DNA of 64,000 nucleotides from Elusimicrobiota bacterium (GTDB lineage Bacteria > Elusimicrobiota > Endomicrobiia > CG1-02-37-114 > JAHJSO01). Every line of letters begins with the position of its first letter. Positions within the stretch are counted from its first letter, which is position 1. Position numbers and translations under genes: made by a program. Location: positions 896 to 64,895 of the forward strand of contig JBDRQF010000053.1 of assembly GCA_043826435.1 (NCBI GenBank). The letters run 5' to 3'. A model generated the notes under the pieces. That model was not told where the DNA came from. It ran no database searches and worked only from the letters and a program-made list of their open reading frames with translations. This document shows positions 16,576 through 26,376 of this stretch, piece after piece.

Positions 16576-18417
16576 ATGGCAAAAAATACAACCCAGTCAT
16601 TTTCAACTCATTGTAGCGAAAGATTTCAAAATCTGAGAATATACTTCTGGCCAGTTGTTATATTTTTATTTGCACTTTTGGTACGGTTATTTTACTGGAT
16701 GCAATTAAAAAATTTTCCTTTATCTCAGGTACCAGTTGTTGACGGTTTGTTCTATATAAAGTGGGCTGAGAGTATTAGTTTGGGTGATTGGTTAACTAAA
16801 TGGCAGGGAATATATTATTTAAATCCTGGTTATCCTTATCTTCTTTCATTCATTTTTTTGATTTTTGGGCGACAGATGCATTCTATACTTTTAATACAAT
16901 TTATTATAGGCACATTTAGTTGTGTGTTTGTTTATCTTCTTGCAAAAGAATATTTTAACCATAGAGTAGGAATTATATCTTCTATTGTTGCTTTGTTATA
17001 CGGTGTGTCACTTTTTTTAGAAGGGCTTCCTGTTACCGCCAGTTGGATTAATTTTTGGAATCTACTGATGTTACTGACCATCACAATTGCTCTTAAAAGA
17101 AATTCACTTTTGCTTTCTTTTTTTGCAGGAATATTCTTGGGATTATCAAATTTATTTAGAGCCGGCCCCGTAATATTGATTCCTGGAATTATTTTATATA
17201 TGTTTATTTCTGGTAAAAAGAAGAGGGAGATTGCGTATATATCAAGTTCGTTAATCCTGGGTTTTTTACTATTCTTTTTGCCAGTTATTTTGAGGAATTC
17301 TCTCTTTTCCAAACAACTTATTTTATCACCAACCGCTCATTCTGGAATAAATTTTTATATCGGTAACCATCTCCACGCAACTGGTTCATATGTACAAACA
17401 GAGTTTGATACAGGTGATCCTAAACTACAAATTCAAGATTACAGAAAAAGAGCAAGTCAAATTCTCGGGAGAGAGGTTTCTCTTAATGAATCTTCAAATT
17501 TTTGGTTTTCTGAAGGAATGAAGTTTATCAAGGGGAATCCTTTAAAGTGGTTAGCCCTCGTTGGAAGAAAGTTTTATTTACTCTTAGGTTATTATGAAAC
17601 AGGGTTAAATTATAGTTATTACTTTTTTCAAGAACAGATTTCGTTTTTAAAACTTCCATTTTTACTATCTTACGGTTTTATCGTTCCCTTTGCCTTAATA
17701 GGTCTGGTTTTATCTATAGAGCGAAAGAATCTACTCTTGCATTTTTTTATTATTTGTGCCGTTGTGGTATTACTTCTTTTTTATGTTACTACTGAATATA
17801 GATATTCTATTGTTCCGATTTTTATAATTTTTCACTCATACTTTCTTTATTGGATGTATGAACAGATAAAAACAAAAAGGTATAAGGTCCTTTGTCTCTC
17901 TTTGATGGCATCTTTAGGATGGGCACTATTTATTAATTTCCCAAGGAAGGAAATAAAGTTTGATAGAGATTATGTTAAATTGGCTACTGCGCATCTCACA
18001 TTAGGAGAAGCCGACCAAGGAATAGCATTGCTGGAGCGGGCTCTGGAATATAAGAAAGAAAGTTACATATATTATAACCTTGCTCATGCATATGCTTACG
18101 AGAAACATGACTATGTAAGAGCCATTGAAAATTACAAAAAAGCAATTGAATCAGACCTTAACAACCTGAATGCCTACGAAGAATTAGTTGAAGTATACTT
18201 AAAAACCAAAGAATATGAAAATGCAGAGAAGACATGTGAAGGGTTAATCAAAATATATCCCAAACATTATCCGATACATCAAATCCTGGGAAATATTTAT
18301 TATTTGCGAGGGAAGAAGAAACAGGCAATCCAATCCTGGGAAAATTCCCTTAGAATTTACCCGAATAACCCAGAATTGAGGAAAAACATAGAACGTCTTT
18401 TAGAGAAAAAAGGTTAA
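16576..18417 (+). CDS. Polytopic GT39/PMT_2 (ArnT-like) family glycosyltransferase with C-terminal TPR repeats
   Basis: About 10 predicted TM helices with PMT_2-like N-terminal loops ('DGLFYIKWAESI', 'NPGYPYLL'). The C-terminal 130 aa are TPR-like ('YNLAHAYAYEKHDYVRAIENYKKAIE...'). Confidence 0.55.
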   Translation: MAKNTTQSFSTHCSERFQNLRIYFWPVVIFLFALLVRLFYWMQLKNFPLSQVPVVDGLFYIKWAESISLGDWLTKWQGIYYLNPGYPYLLSFIFLIFGRQMHSILLIQFIIGTFSCVFVYLLAKEYFNHRVGIISSIVALLYGVSLFLEGLPVTASWINFWNLLMLLTITIALKRNSLLLSFFAGIFLGLSNLFRAGPVILIPGIILYMFISGKKKREIAYISSSLILGFLLFFLPVILRNSLFSKQLILSPTAHSGINFYIGNHLHATGSYVQTEFDTGDPKLQIQDYRKRASQILGREVSLNESSNFWFSEGMKFIKGNPLKWLALVGRKFYLLLGYYETGLNYSYYFFQEQISFLKLPFLLSYGFIVPFALIGLVLSIERKNLLLHFFIICAVVVLLLFYVTTEYRYSIVPIFIIFHSYFLYWMYEQIKTKRYKVLCLSLMASLGWALFINFPRKEIKFDRDYVKLATAHLTLGEADQGIALLERALEYKKESYIYYNLAHAYAYEKHDYVRAIENYKKAIESDLNNLNAYEELVEVYLKTKEYENAEKTCEGLIKIYPKHYPIHQILGNIYYLRGKKKQAIQSWENSLRIYPNNPELRKNIERLLEKKG

Positions 18418-18421
18418 AGTC

Positions 18422-20275
18422 ATGAAAAATTTTAAAACAACCCCTATTCTTGTAATATTTTTTCTTTTTTGTTTTACATTATTAGGTATTGATTCTCTTC
18501 GGCAAGAATCAGCTACCTTTGATGAATCTGAGCATTTAGCTGCTGGTTATTCTTATTGGAAAACGGGTGATTATAGATTAAATCCTGAGCATCCACCACT
18601 TATAAAAATGATTGCTGCGTTACCTTTGCTTTTATTCAATCCCACTTTCCCTAAAGAACATATCGCTTGGGAGAAAAGGTTACAGTTTGTAATCGGTGAC
18701 ATTTTCCTTTATCATAACTCTGTCGATGCCGAAAAGATGCTTTACCTTGGACGTATAATGCTCCTTCTAGTTATCACTATTCTTCTTGGTTGGATAATTT
18801 ATCGTTGGGGAACTGAACTTTATGGACATTTTGGAGGTTTATCAGCTTTATTCTTTTTCTCTTTTTGTCCGCCAATTATTGCTCATACAAAATTGATTAC
18901 TACTGATATGGGACTAACCTGTTTCTTTTTTTTATCTATCTATTTATTGTGGAAATTAAAGCGAAATCCATCCATATATCACGTTATTCTTTTTGGTTTA
19001 GCTTTCGGCGCCGCGTTAGAATCAAAATATTCAGCAATTCTTCTTTTTCCGATTTGTAGTCTATTAATCTTTTTATGGATAAGTGAACAGTATAAAAAAA
19101 CTAAATGGACAAAAGAAAGTGCTAGAATACTATATTATACAGCAGTCTTTTTTGTAGTTACTTTTTCTGTTGTTTTTCTCGTTTCTGGCTGTAGGATTAA
19201 TAATCTACACTGGTATTGGATAGGTTTGAATAAAGTTTTAACTAAATCCGCCGACGGAATGCCATCTTTTCTTATAGGGAAATATTCTACTGATGGCTGG
19301 TGGTATTATTTCTTAATAACTTTTCTGCTTAAAACACCTATTCCATTCCTAATTCTGTTATGTCTGGGTATTCGGTTTAGTTCTTTAAAGGAATCAAATT
19401 ATGTACGAAAAGAAATATTATGGCTTCTTATTCCTGTAATTATCTATTTTTTTATCGCTTCTTTTTCAAAGGTACAAATTGGACACAGATACATTCTGCC
19501 TATTTATCCTTTTCTCTTTGTCTGGGCTGGAGGAATTTCTTCTTCAATACAAGGAAAATTCAGATATTTACTATTAGGTGGACTTGCTGTGTGGTATGCA
19601 GGGAATACGTTGTATACCCATCCGCATCATCTATCATATTTTAATGAATTTGTCGGTCATCCGTCTAATGGGTATAAATATTTGGTTGAATCAAATCTGG
19701 ACTGGGGACAAGGACTGAAATTGCTCGGTCGATATCTTAAAAGTCAGCATGTGCAAAGTATTTATTTTTCTTATTTTGGTACCGCTGACCCAGCCTATTA
19801 TGGAATTAAATATGTCCCTATCAGCTTCGTAAGTGCTATAAATCGCACTGGTGATGAAGTTAACCCGCTAGACGAGCACCGCTGTTTATTCGCTATTTCA
19901 GCGACCAATCTCCAAGGGGTATATACACAGGGGCCTAACCGTTTCAGCTGGTTAAAAACGCGCTCCCCCATAAAAATTATTGCTAATTCAATATTTGTGT
20001 ACGATATTACTGACGATGTCGAAGCACATGAAATACTAGCGAGATATTTCACGATAGAAAAACAATATGATAAATCAATAAATCATTATAAACAAATAGT
20101 AAAATTGAACCCTGAGAATGGATTGGCATATCAATGTCTTGGTAATATATATTATATTCAAGGGAGAAAAGATTTAGCAAAAAAATATTGGGGGATTTCA
20201 TTAAATATTGAACCTAACAATCCTTTATTAAAAGAGAACTTGAAGAAGTTATCAGTCAATTTGAAAGAATGTTAA
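18422..20275 (+). CDS. Second GT39/PMT_2-family glycosyltransferase with C-terminal TPR repeats, a tandem paralog of the first
   Basis: 'FDESEHLAAGYSYWKTGDYRLNPEHPPLIKMIAALPL' is the conserved PMT_2/ArnT loop motif. The protein is polytopic, has a TPR tail, and starts 5 nt after the previous stop. Confidence 0.6.
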   Translation: MKNFKTTPILVIFFLFCFTLLGIDSLRQESATFDESEHLAAGYSYWKTGDYRLNPEHPPLIKMIAALPLLLFNPTFPKEHIAWEKRLQFVIGDIFLYHNSVDAEKMLYLGRIMLLLVITILLGWIIYRWGTELYGHFGGLSALFFFSFCPPIIAHTKLITTDMGLTCFFFLSIYLLWKLKRNPSIYHVILFGLAFGAALESKYSAILLFPICSLLIFLWISEQYKKTKWTKESARILYYTAVFFVVTFSVVFLVSGCRINNLHWYWIGLNKVLTKSADGMPSFLIGKYSTDGWWYYFLITFLLKTPIPFLILLCLGIRFSSLKESNYVRKEILWLLIPVIIYFFIASFSKVQIGHRYILPIYPFLFVWAGGISSSIQGKFRYLLLGGLAVWYAGNTLYTHPHHLSYFNEFVGHPSNGYKYLVESNLDWGQGLKLLGRYLKSQHVQSIYFSYFGTADPAYYGIKYVPISFVSAINRTGDEVNPLDEHRCLFAISATNLQGVYTQGPNRFSWLKTRSPIKIIANSIFVYDITDDVEAHEILARYFTIEKQYDKSINHYKQIVKLNPENGLAYQCLGNIYYIQGRKDLAKKYWGISLNIEPNNPLLKENLKKLSVNLKEC

Positions 20276-20347
20276 TCTTTTACTAAATATACGAGAAAAG
20301 AGAATGAAAAGATTAAAAACCTGAATTTAATGGGGACAAAATAGTTC

Positions 20348-23300
20348 ATGAAAAGAAAACAGATATTCTTAAAGTGTATGTTGTTGTGTTTATTCACAAT
20401 TGGACAAGGAACCTCAACAGCATCGATAATTTCTGGAACAGGTACCCATTTTGAGATATCTATTGAGGATTCGCAAACACTAACTTTGGATAGTAGTCAA
20501 GATATCAATGTTCTGTTAGAATATACACCCGCTTGTGAGATTAGTATCTTGATAGGAAGTACCACACTTACTTCAACGCATCTTACATTGGGTGGACTTA
20601 CAGCCAATACGACATATTACAAATATCTAAATGGGGTGCTTTCAGAGCATTTCTTATCTCAACAGGATGGGAAATACGTCTTTTTGCAGGACCTTTCTGA
20701 ACCGTGCCACATCTTCTTTAGTATGGACAAGTTAACTCTATCTTATATTACACCAGATGGAAATGTTACACCAGCCACGGTGCCTATTAAAAGAGTTACT
20801 GATGAGACATATGTTCTTATTGGTGATATTGAGGGTTCCATAGTAGTTCAAAAGGATGGTATAACCATAGACCAGAATGGTTACGCTATTCGTGGTCAGA
20901 GTTCTTTCGGATATTATATAGTTTTCGGAAGAGATATAACCATAGAAAATGTAAATATTCAAGGATACACCTACGGTGTTTTCGCAGCATATTCTTATAG
21001 AATTTCTGTAATCAAAAGCACTATTACCTTGAATACAAATGGACTTTTCTTTCACTCGCAAGGCGGCGCTTTGATTTCTCAAAATTTAATATCTTCAAAT
21101 ACTATAGGAATTCACTTCTGGTCGCCAGGGCATGAAAATACAATAGAGGGTAATCATATTTGCAATAATGACATAGGTATACGAATAGCATCAGATATAT
21201 ACATTAGCCGCTACAACACTGTTAGAGGAAACACAATAACACAGAATACCTACGGAATAAATATAAGTTATTGTGAGGAATTTGAAGCAATACACAACAA
21301 CTTTATCAATAATACAACTCAAGTAGAAATAGGTCCATGGTGTAGGGGTCTTCGGTGGGACGATGGTTATCCATATGGTGGTAATTATTGGAGTGACTAC
21401 GTCGGAATTGACAATTACAGTGGTTCCAATCAAGACCAACCGAGGAGTGATTGGATTGGCGATACTCCATATATTATTAATGCGTCTTATAAAGACAATT
21501 ATCCATTCATGATGAAAGATGGCTGGCGTCTTGATACAACCCCACCAGTAAGTAAGTTAGAAGTTGGAAATCCAAAGTATGAATATGAAGGTAAAATCTA
21601 TGTATCTACGATAACAGAATTTACAATAACTGCTGACGATGGTGAAGGACGTGGTGTAAAACTGACCAAATACCGTATTGACGATCAACAACCGTGGATA
21701 CTTTATAAAGGCAATTTTACATTAGCCGGTATATCCGGTATTTCTATAATTCCAGGAGGATGCGTGGGATACTGGAAATTTGATGAAGGTGAAGGGGCAA
21801 CCGTAATTGATTCTGTTGGTACAAATGACGGGACAATCTGTAGCGCAACATGGACAGCAGGAAAAATTGGTAATGCATTAAGTTTTGATGGTGTAGATGA
21901 TTATGTGAGAGTTCCAAATAGTGATAGTTTTAATTTACATAAAAACAGTTTAACACTTGAGGCTTGGGTTTATCCAAAAGCATATACCGGATACTGGGAG
22001 GGAGGGATAATTGGTAGAGTTATAGATCCATACGGTTGGAGATTAAGTGTAAGAAGCACGCGATATTCTCCGGGAACAATTTGTGGGGGTGTACAGAATC
22101 TTGTTTGGATAGATTCTGTAGAGAAAGCACCGTTAAATATTTGGACACACATTGTTATGGTGTATGATTTTGATAAAGATATAGAACAACTTTGGGTAAA
22201 TGGAGTAAAAGATAATGAGGTGAGTTCTGTAAGGGATAAAGAAATTTACGCTAATTTCAATATTAATAGTCCTCTTGGGATTGGACTTTATTATTATCAG
22301 GGAAATCCAAATATGGGTGCGTGTTTTAACGGTCTTATCGATGAAGTAGCCATCTACAACCGGGCATTAACTCCTGAGGAAATATACTCAAGATATACAG
22401 TCACAATAGTCCCAATAACAGAAGGACATCACACGTTTTCATATTACAGTACTGACGTTGTAGATAACAAAGAGGTAGTGAAAAGTACAAACATTGTTGT
22501 CGATGTAACCTCACCAGATACACCACAAATGAACCTTGAGCCAGAATTCACTAGTTCTCTACAGAATACCGTTTCCTGGTTGGAATCAACTGATACCTTA
22601 AGTGGAGTTTATGGCTATTTAGTTGAATGTTCTACAATTGAGGATTTCACTACTATTTTTTCATCATCCAGCTGGATTAAAATTACAAGTTATACTTTCG
22701 CAAATCTTTCAGATGGTATAAAATACTTTTATCGTGTGAAAGCAAAAGATAATGTTGGGAATGAAACTATTTGGTCAAATGTTGTATGGTCAATACAAGA
22801 TAATACAGCTGCAACTTTTGAAGTAATACCCTCAACTGGTGGAATATCTGTTACTGCCGCAGGCACTATTAACATTGATATAATTGCCAGCGAACCTTTA
22901 GTTGCTGCGCCAACTGTTTATGTAACCCAGAGTGGTCAGGAATTTGCTACTGATATTACAGCAACATTAACCACTACTGATAATATTTCCTGGACAGGAA
23001 CTTATGATGTAACAAATAATTACGATGGTATAGCGATTATTGAAGTAACTGGTAAAGACCGGGTGGGCTATACCAGTAAAGGACGAGGTGGTTTTGAAGT
23101 AGCAATTGGTCCTACAGGTCAAAATATTATCATTAGTAATGTTTCTGATTCACCAGATCCTTTTTCGCCGAGGACAGGTGAATCAACAACAATCTATTAT
23201 GAACTTTCTACAAGTGGCGGACAAATTAGTATTACCACAACAACAATAACTTTTGAAAATGCTCAAGGAGTTATTGTTGACAGCGTAACTATTTTTAACC

Positions 23301-24904
23301 AAACAACGGGGGCACAACAAACTTTATGGGGCGGACTTGATACTAATAATTTTCCATTTCCCGATAGTAAATATACCTATCGTATAAATGTTTCTGGCTT
23401 CAAACAGCAAGGCCCAAACCAAGTACCAGTAAGTGCAATTGAAAAAGTTGGAGAAATAACGCTTCTAAGTTATGCAGAGTTAGACACAACAGGATGTACA
23501 ATATCTAATCCATCTAATGCAGAGATTACAATTACCCCGGTAAGTGCAGTTTTGCCCTCAGCATTTGGAATACAATCAGGTAATGTTGGCTCAATTTATG
23601 AAATAGAACCAACCAATACAACATTTTCACCAGCAGCGATTTTGATTTTACGCTATACTGATGACGAATTAGCTGAAAAAGGAATTGATGAAAACACATT
23701 AGATATATACAAATTTATAGACGGTGTATGGGTTGCTCAAGGTGCAACATTAGACACAGTAAATAATACTTTAACCCTTGCTGTTACTTCTTTATCTTAT
23801 TTTGTTATACTAACCTCGGAATTTGTTGCTACTCCTGTTGCAGAACTTGACACAACACCACCAACCTTTGTGACTCATCTGACCATTGACCCCGAAGTAA
23901 CAGATAATTTAACAATAACTATAACTGCTTCTGAACTACTACTATTACCACCTAAAGTAACGGTTTATCCACATGGTAATAGTCCTCAAAAAGAGAGTGT
24001 AAAGGTAAATGTGAGTTTAGTGGAAGGTAGTGAGACAGTTTATGCAGGAACATTCAGTAGCATTACTGGTTTTGGTGACATAGATAGAATAGTTGTAGTC
24101 GGGAGAGATTTAGCAGGGAATGAAGGAGTAAGCGACGGAACATATACAAAGAATGTAATTTCTTCTGCTGGTGGAGTAATTTCTGATGCCAGAGGAAAAG
24201 GTGTAACAGTAGATATTCCAGAAGGAGCGATAACCGGAGAAATAATTGTCACTATCAGGGCTGAAGATAAAAGTAATTCAGTTCTGGAAAACAAGAAAAA
24301 GGCATCTGCTCAAAAACAGGAACTTAAACTTATTGGAGTAGGATACAAATTTGGTCCTGATGGGACACAGTTTTCTAAACCTGTGAATATTAGTATTCCT
24401 TATAGTAATGAAGACATTGATGGTATAGATGAAAAAACATTGAAAATGGCTTATTGGAATGTATCTATTAGTAAATGGGAATTACTTAAAACTTCACAAT
24501 CCAGGACAGAAGAAAATATAGTAACAGCAGAAGTTACTCATTTTTCGCTCTATAAAATTGTTGCTGGAGTAGAAAAAGTTTTAGGGCCACAACCAGATGC
24601 AACATTCAAAGAAGGAGAAATATATGCATATCCAAACCCAGCAAAGGGTAGCAAAAACCCAACGATACATGTAGAATGTGGTATTGCCGACGGGGTAGAG
24701 ATAAGATTTTACAATCTTGCTGCCGAACTTGTGAGTGCCGTGGAATTAGCAGGAACTGACTGGAAAATCAGAGACAACGAATACTATTATGAATACACAT
24801 GGGATGTATCAAATGTAGCGAGCGGTGTGTATGTGTATTTAGTGCAAGCAAAGAAAGACGATAAGGTAATAAGAACAGTAAAAAAAGTTGCAGTAATAAA
24901 ATAG
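20348..24904 (+). CDS. Giant secreted surface protein (1518 aa): signal peptide, right-handed parallel beta-helix repeats, a LamG-like domain, FN3/Ig-like domains, and a conserved C-terminal cassette ending in a T9SS-type sorting domain
   Basis: Signal peptide 'MKRKQIFLKCMLLCLFTIGQG'. Beta-helix repeats 'NTIEGNHICNNDIGIRIA...RGNTITQNTYGINISY...HNNFINNT'. LamG motif 'GYWKFDEGEGATVIDSVGTNDGTI...ALSFDGVDDYVRVPNS...LTLEAWVYP'. C-terminus 'YAYPNPAKGSKNPTIHV...FYNLAAELV...ASGVYVYLVQA...KKVAVIK'. Confidence 0.75.
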   Translation: MKRKQIFLKCMLLCLFTIGQGTSTASIISGTGTHFEISIEDSQTLTLDSSQDINVLLEYTPACEISILIGSTTLTSTHLTLGGLTANTTYYKYLNGVLSEHFLSQQDGKYVFLQDLSEPCHIFFSMDKLTLSYITPDGNVTPATVPIKRVTDETYVLIGDIEGSIVVQKDGITIDQNGYAIRGQSSFGYYIVFGRDITIENVNIQGYTYGVFAAYSYRISVIKSTITLNTNGLFFHSQGGALISQNLISSNTIGIHFWSPGHENTIEGNHICNNDIGIRIASDIYISRYNTVRGNTITQNTYGINISYCEEFEAIHNNFINNTTQVEIGPWCRGLRWDDGYPYGGNYWSDYVGIDNYSGSNQDQPRSDWIGDTPYIINASYKDNYPFMMKDGWRLDTTPPVSKLEVGNPKYEYEGKIYVSTITEFTITADDGEGRGVKLTKYRIDDQQPWILYKGNFTLAGISGISIIPGGCVGYWKFDEGEGATVIDSVGTNDGTICSATWTAGKIGNALSFDGVDDYVRVPNSDSFNLHKNSLTLEAWVYPKAYTGYWEGGIIGRVIDPYGWRLSVRSTRYSPGTICGGVQNLVWIDSVEKAPLNIWTHIVMVYDFDKDIEQLWVNGVKDNEVSSVRDKEIYANFNINSPLGIGLYYYQGNPNMGACFNGLIDEVAIYNRALTPEEIYSRYTVTIVPITEGHHTFSYYSTDVVDNKEVVKSTNIVVDVTSPDTPQMNLEPEFTSSLQNTVSWLESTDTLSGVYGYLVECSTIEDFTTIFSSSSWIKITSYTFANLSDGIKYFYRVKAKDNVGNETIWSNVVWSIQDNTAATFEVIPSTGGISVTAAGTINIDIIASEPLVAAPTVYVTQSGQEFATDITATLTTTDNISWTGTYDVTNNYDGIAIIEVTGKDRVGYTSKGRGGFEVAIGPTGQNIIISNVSDSPDPFSPRTGESTTIYYELSTSGGQISITTTTITFENAQGVIVDSVTIFNQTTGAQQTLWGGLDTNNFPFPDSKYTYRINVSGFKQQGPNQVPVSAIEKVGEITLLSYAELDTTGCTISNPSNAEITITPVSAVLPSAFGIQSGNVGSIYEIEPTNTTFSPAAILILRYTDDELAEKGIDENTLDIYKFIDGVWVAQGATLDTVNNTLTLAVTSLSYFVILTSEFVATPVAELDTTPPTFVTHLTIDPEVTDNLTITITASELLLLPPKVTVYPHGNSPQKESVKVNVSLVEGSETVYAGTFSSITGFGDIDRIVVVGRDLAGNEGVSDGTYTKNVISSAGGVISDARGKGVTVDIPEGAITGEIIVTIRAEDKSNSVLENKKKASAQKQELKLIGVGYKFGPDGTQFSKPVNISIPYSNEDIDGIDEKTLKMAYWNVSISKWELLKTSQSRTEENIVTAEVTHFSLYKIVAGVEKVLGPQPDATFKEGEIYAYPNPAKGSKNPTIHVECGIADGVEIRFYNLAAELVSAVELAGTDWKIRDNEYYYEYTWDVSNVASGVYVYLVQAKKDDKVIRTVKKVAVIK

Positions 24905-24930
24905 TAAATAAAACAAGGGGTAGAAAATCA

Positions 24931-25902
24931 ATGAATAAAAACATTATAAAAAAAGTTTTGGGATTATCAATTGGAAATATGTTATTATGCTGTTTTGCAG
25001 TAACTAATTGTTTATCAGAAACAACAGGTGCCTCTTTTCTAAAAATTGGTGTTGGAGCAAGACCGATTGCTATGGGTTCCGCATTCACAGCAGTAGCAAA
25101 CGATGTCACCGGGATATACTGGAATCCTGCCGGACTACTACAATTAACCAAAAGAGAAATTTCAGCAATGCATACAGAATGGATAGCAAACACACGGCTT
25201 GACTTTATTGGATATGCCCAGCCAACAAGAGCGGGTGTGTTTGGCTGTGGTATAATCTACTTATCACAGCAAGATATAGAAGGCAGAGATGAAAACCGAC
25301 AGATAACCAGTCCATTTGGTGCAAGTGACCTTGCAGTGACATTGAGTTATAGTCGTCACCTGACCGAGTTATCAAGATTAGTATCAGCAGGACTAAATGT
25401 AAAATTCATCCAGCAGAACATAGAAAATTATACAGCTCATGGAATAGCAATAGACATAGGCACACTTTATCAGACACCGATAAACAATCTCAAAGCAGGG
25501 CTATCAATTCAGAATATAGGACCACAGATGAAGTTCATCAGCCAGACATATAATCTACCCTTGACAGCGACATTTGGGATTGGGTACACAATGAGCGGAA
25601 TAGTCATTGCATTAGACCTCAAACAGCAGGTATATGAAGGCAGAACAATAATTTCAGCAGGAACAGAGTATTGTCCAATGAACTTAATTGTTCTGCGGAT
25701 AGGCTATGCTGGAAAGTTGACAGAAAGCATACTTTCAAACAGGGATATAATTCAAGGAAACAATACAGACAGCACAAACTTCACTGGCTTTGGTGCAGGG
25801 CTCGGCTTACGACTTTTTACCAACTATCAAATGGACTACTCATTTGCTCCTTATGGTCTGCTGGGGGATACACACAGGATAAGTTTTTTGGCAAGATTTT
25901 AG
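24931..25902 (+). CDS. PorV/PorQ-family-like outer-membrane beta-barrel protein (323 aa) directly downstream of the sorting-domain cargo gene
   Basis: Signal peptide, then 'TTGASFLKIGVGARPIAMGSAFTAVANDVTGIYWNPAGL'. Amphipathic beta-strand patterning to a C-terminal '...GLLGDTHRISFLARF'. About 80% aa identity to ORF 32574-33545. Confidence 0.55.
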   Translation: MNKNIIKKVLGLSIGNMLLCCFAVTNCLSETTGASFLKIGVGARPIAMGSAFTAVANDVTGIYWNPAGLLQLTKREISAMHTEWIANTRLDFIGYAQPTRAGVFGCGIIYLSQQDIEGRDENRQITSPFGASDLAVTLSYSRHLTELSRLVSAGLNVKFIQQNIENYTAHGIAIDIGTLYQTPINNLKAGLSIQNIGPQMKFISQTYNLPLTATFGIGYTMSGIVIALDLKQQVYEGRTIISAGTEYCPMNLIVLRIGYAGKLTESILSNRDIIQGNNTDSTNFTGFGAGLGLRLFTNYQMDYSFAPYGLLGDTHRISFLARF

Positions 25903-25959
25903 AAAGAGAGGTTATCAAAAGGGGAAAATTCCGAAAATCCCCTTGAATATCTTATAACT

Positions 25960-26376
25960 ATGATAAAATTTATTTTTTCTGACGCCATCTCCTTTCTGGC
26001 AGGTGTTTTAATCGTCGGTGGTTTATTGCTTTTTGTCATTGTTATGAGAGCCATTTTTGTGGGCGCGAAAACACGCAAAGCCCGTCGGAATGACACATTA
26101 AGCGATGAAGAAAAAACCCCATCAGCCGCTGAAAGACCGAAGGAAACAGACGGCGCACTCATAGAAGCACATCTGAATGCAATCGCCCAGGAGATTGCCG
26201 TGATAAAGCAGATTGTTTCCGACAAATCCGCAATTGAAGATGTCCAGAAACAGATTGACGCTCTCCTCACCCGAAAGGATACCGGCGGCGCCGACTATCT
26301 CCAGAAAGAAATCCTGAAGATTAATGCAAAACTGGAAGCGATATACAATGTGATGTCCGACCTTGCCAAAGGATAG
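25960..26376 (+). CDS. Small membrane-anchored coiled-coil protein, hypothetical, co-oriented with the Wza/Wzc genes
   Basis: The N-terminus has one TM helix and the rest is predicted helical. Its stop abuts the Wza-like start. Confidence 0.35.
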   Translation: MIKFIFSDAISFLAGVLIVGGLLLFVIVMRAIFVGAKTRKARRNDTLSDEEKTPSAAERPKETDGALIEAHLNAIAQEIAVIKQIVSDKSAIEDVQKQIDALLTRKDTGGADYLQKEILKINAKLEAIYNVMSDLAKG

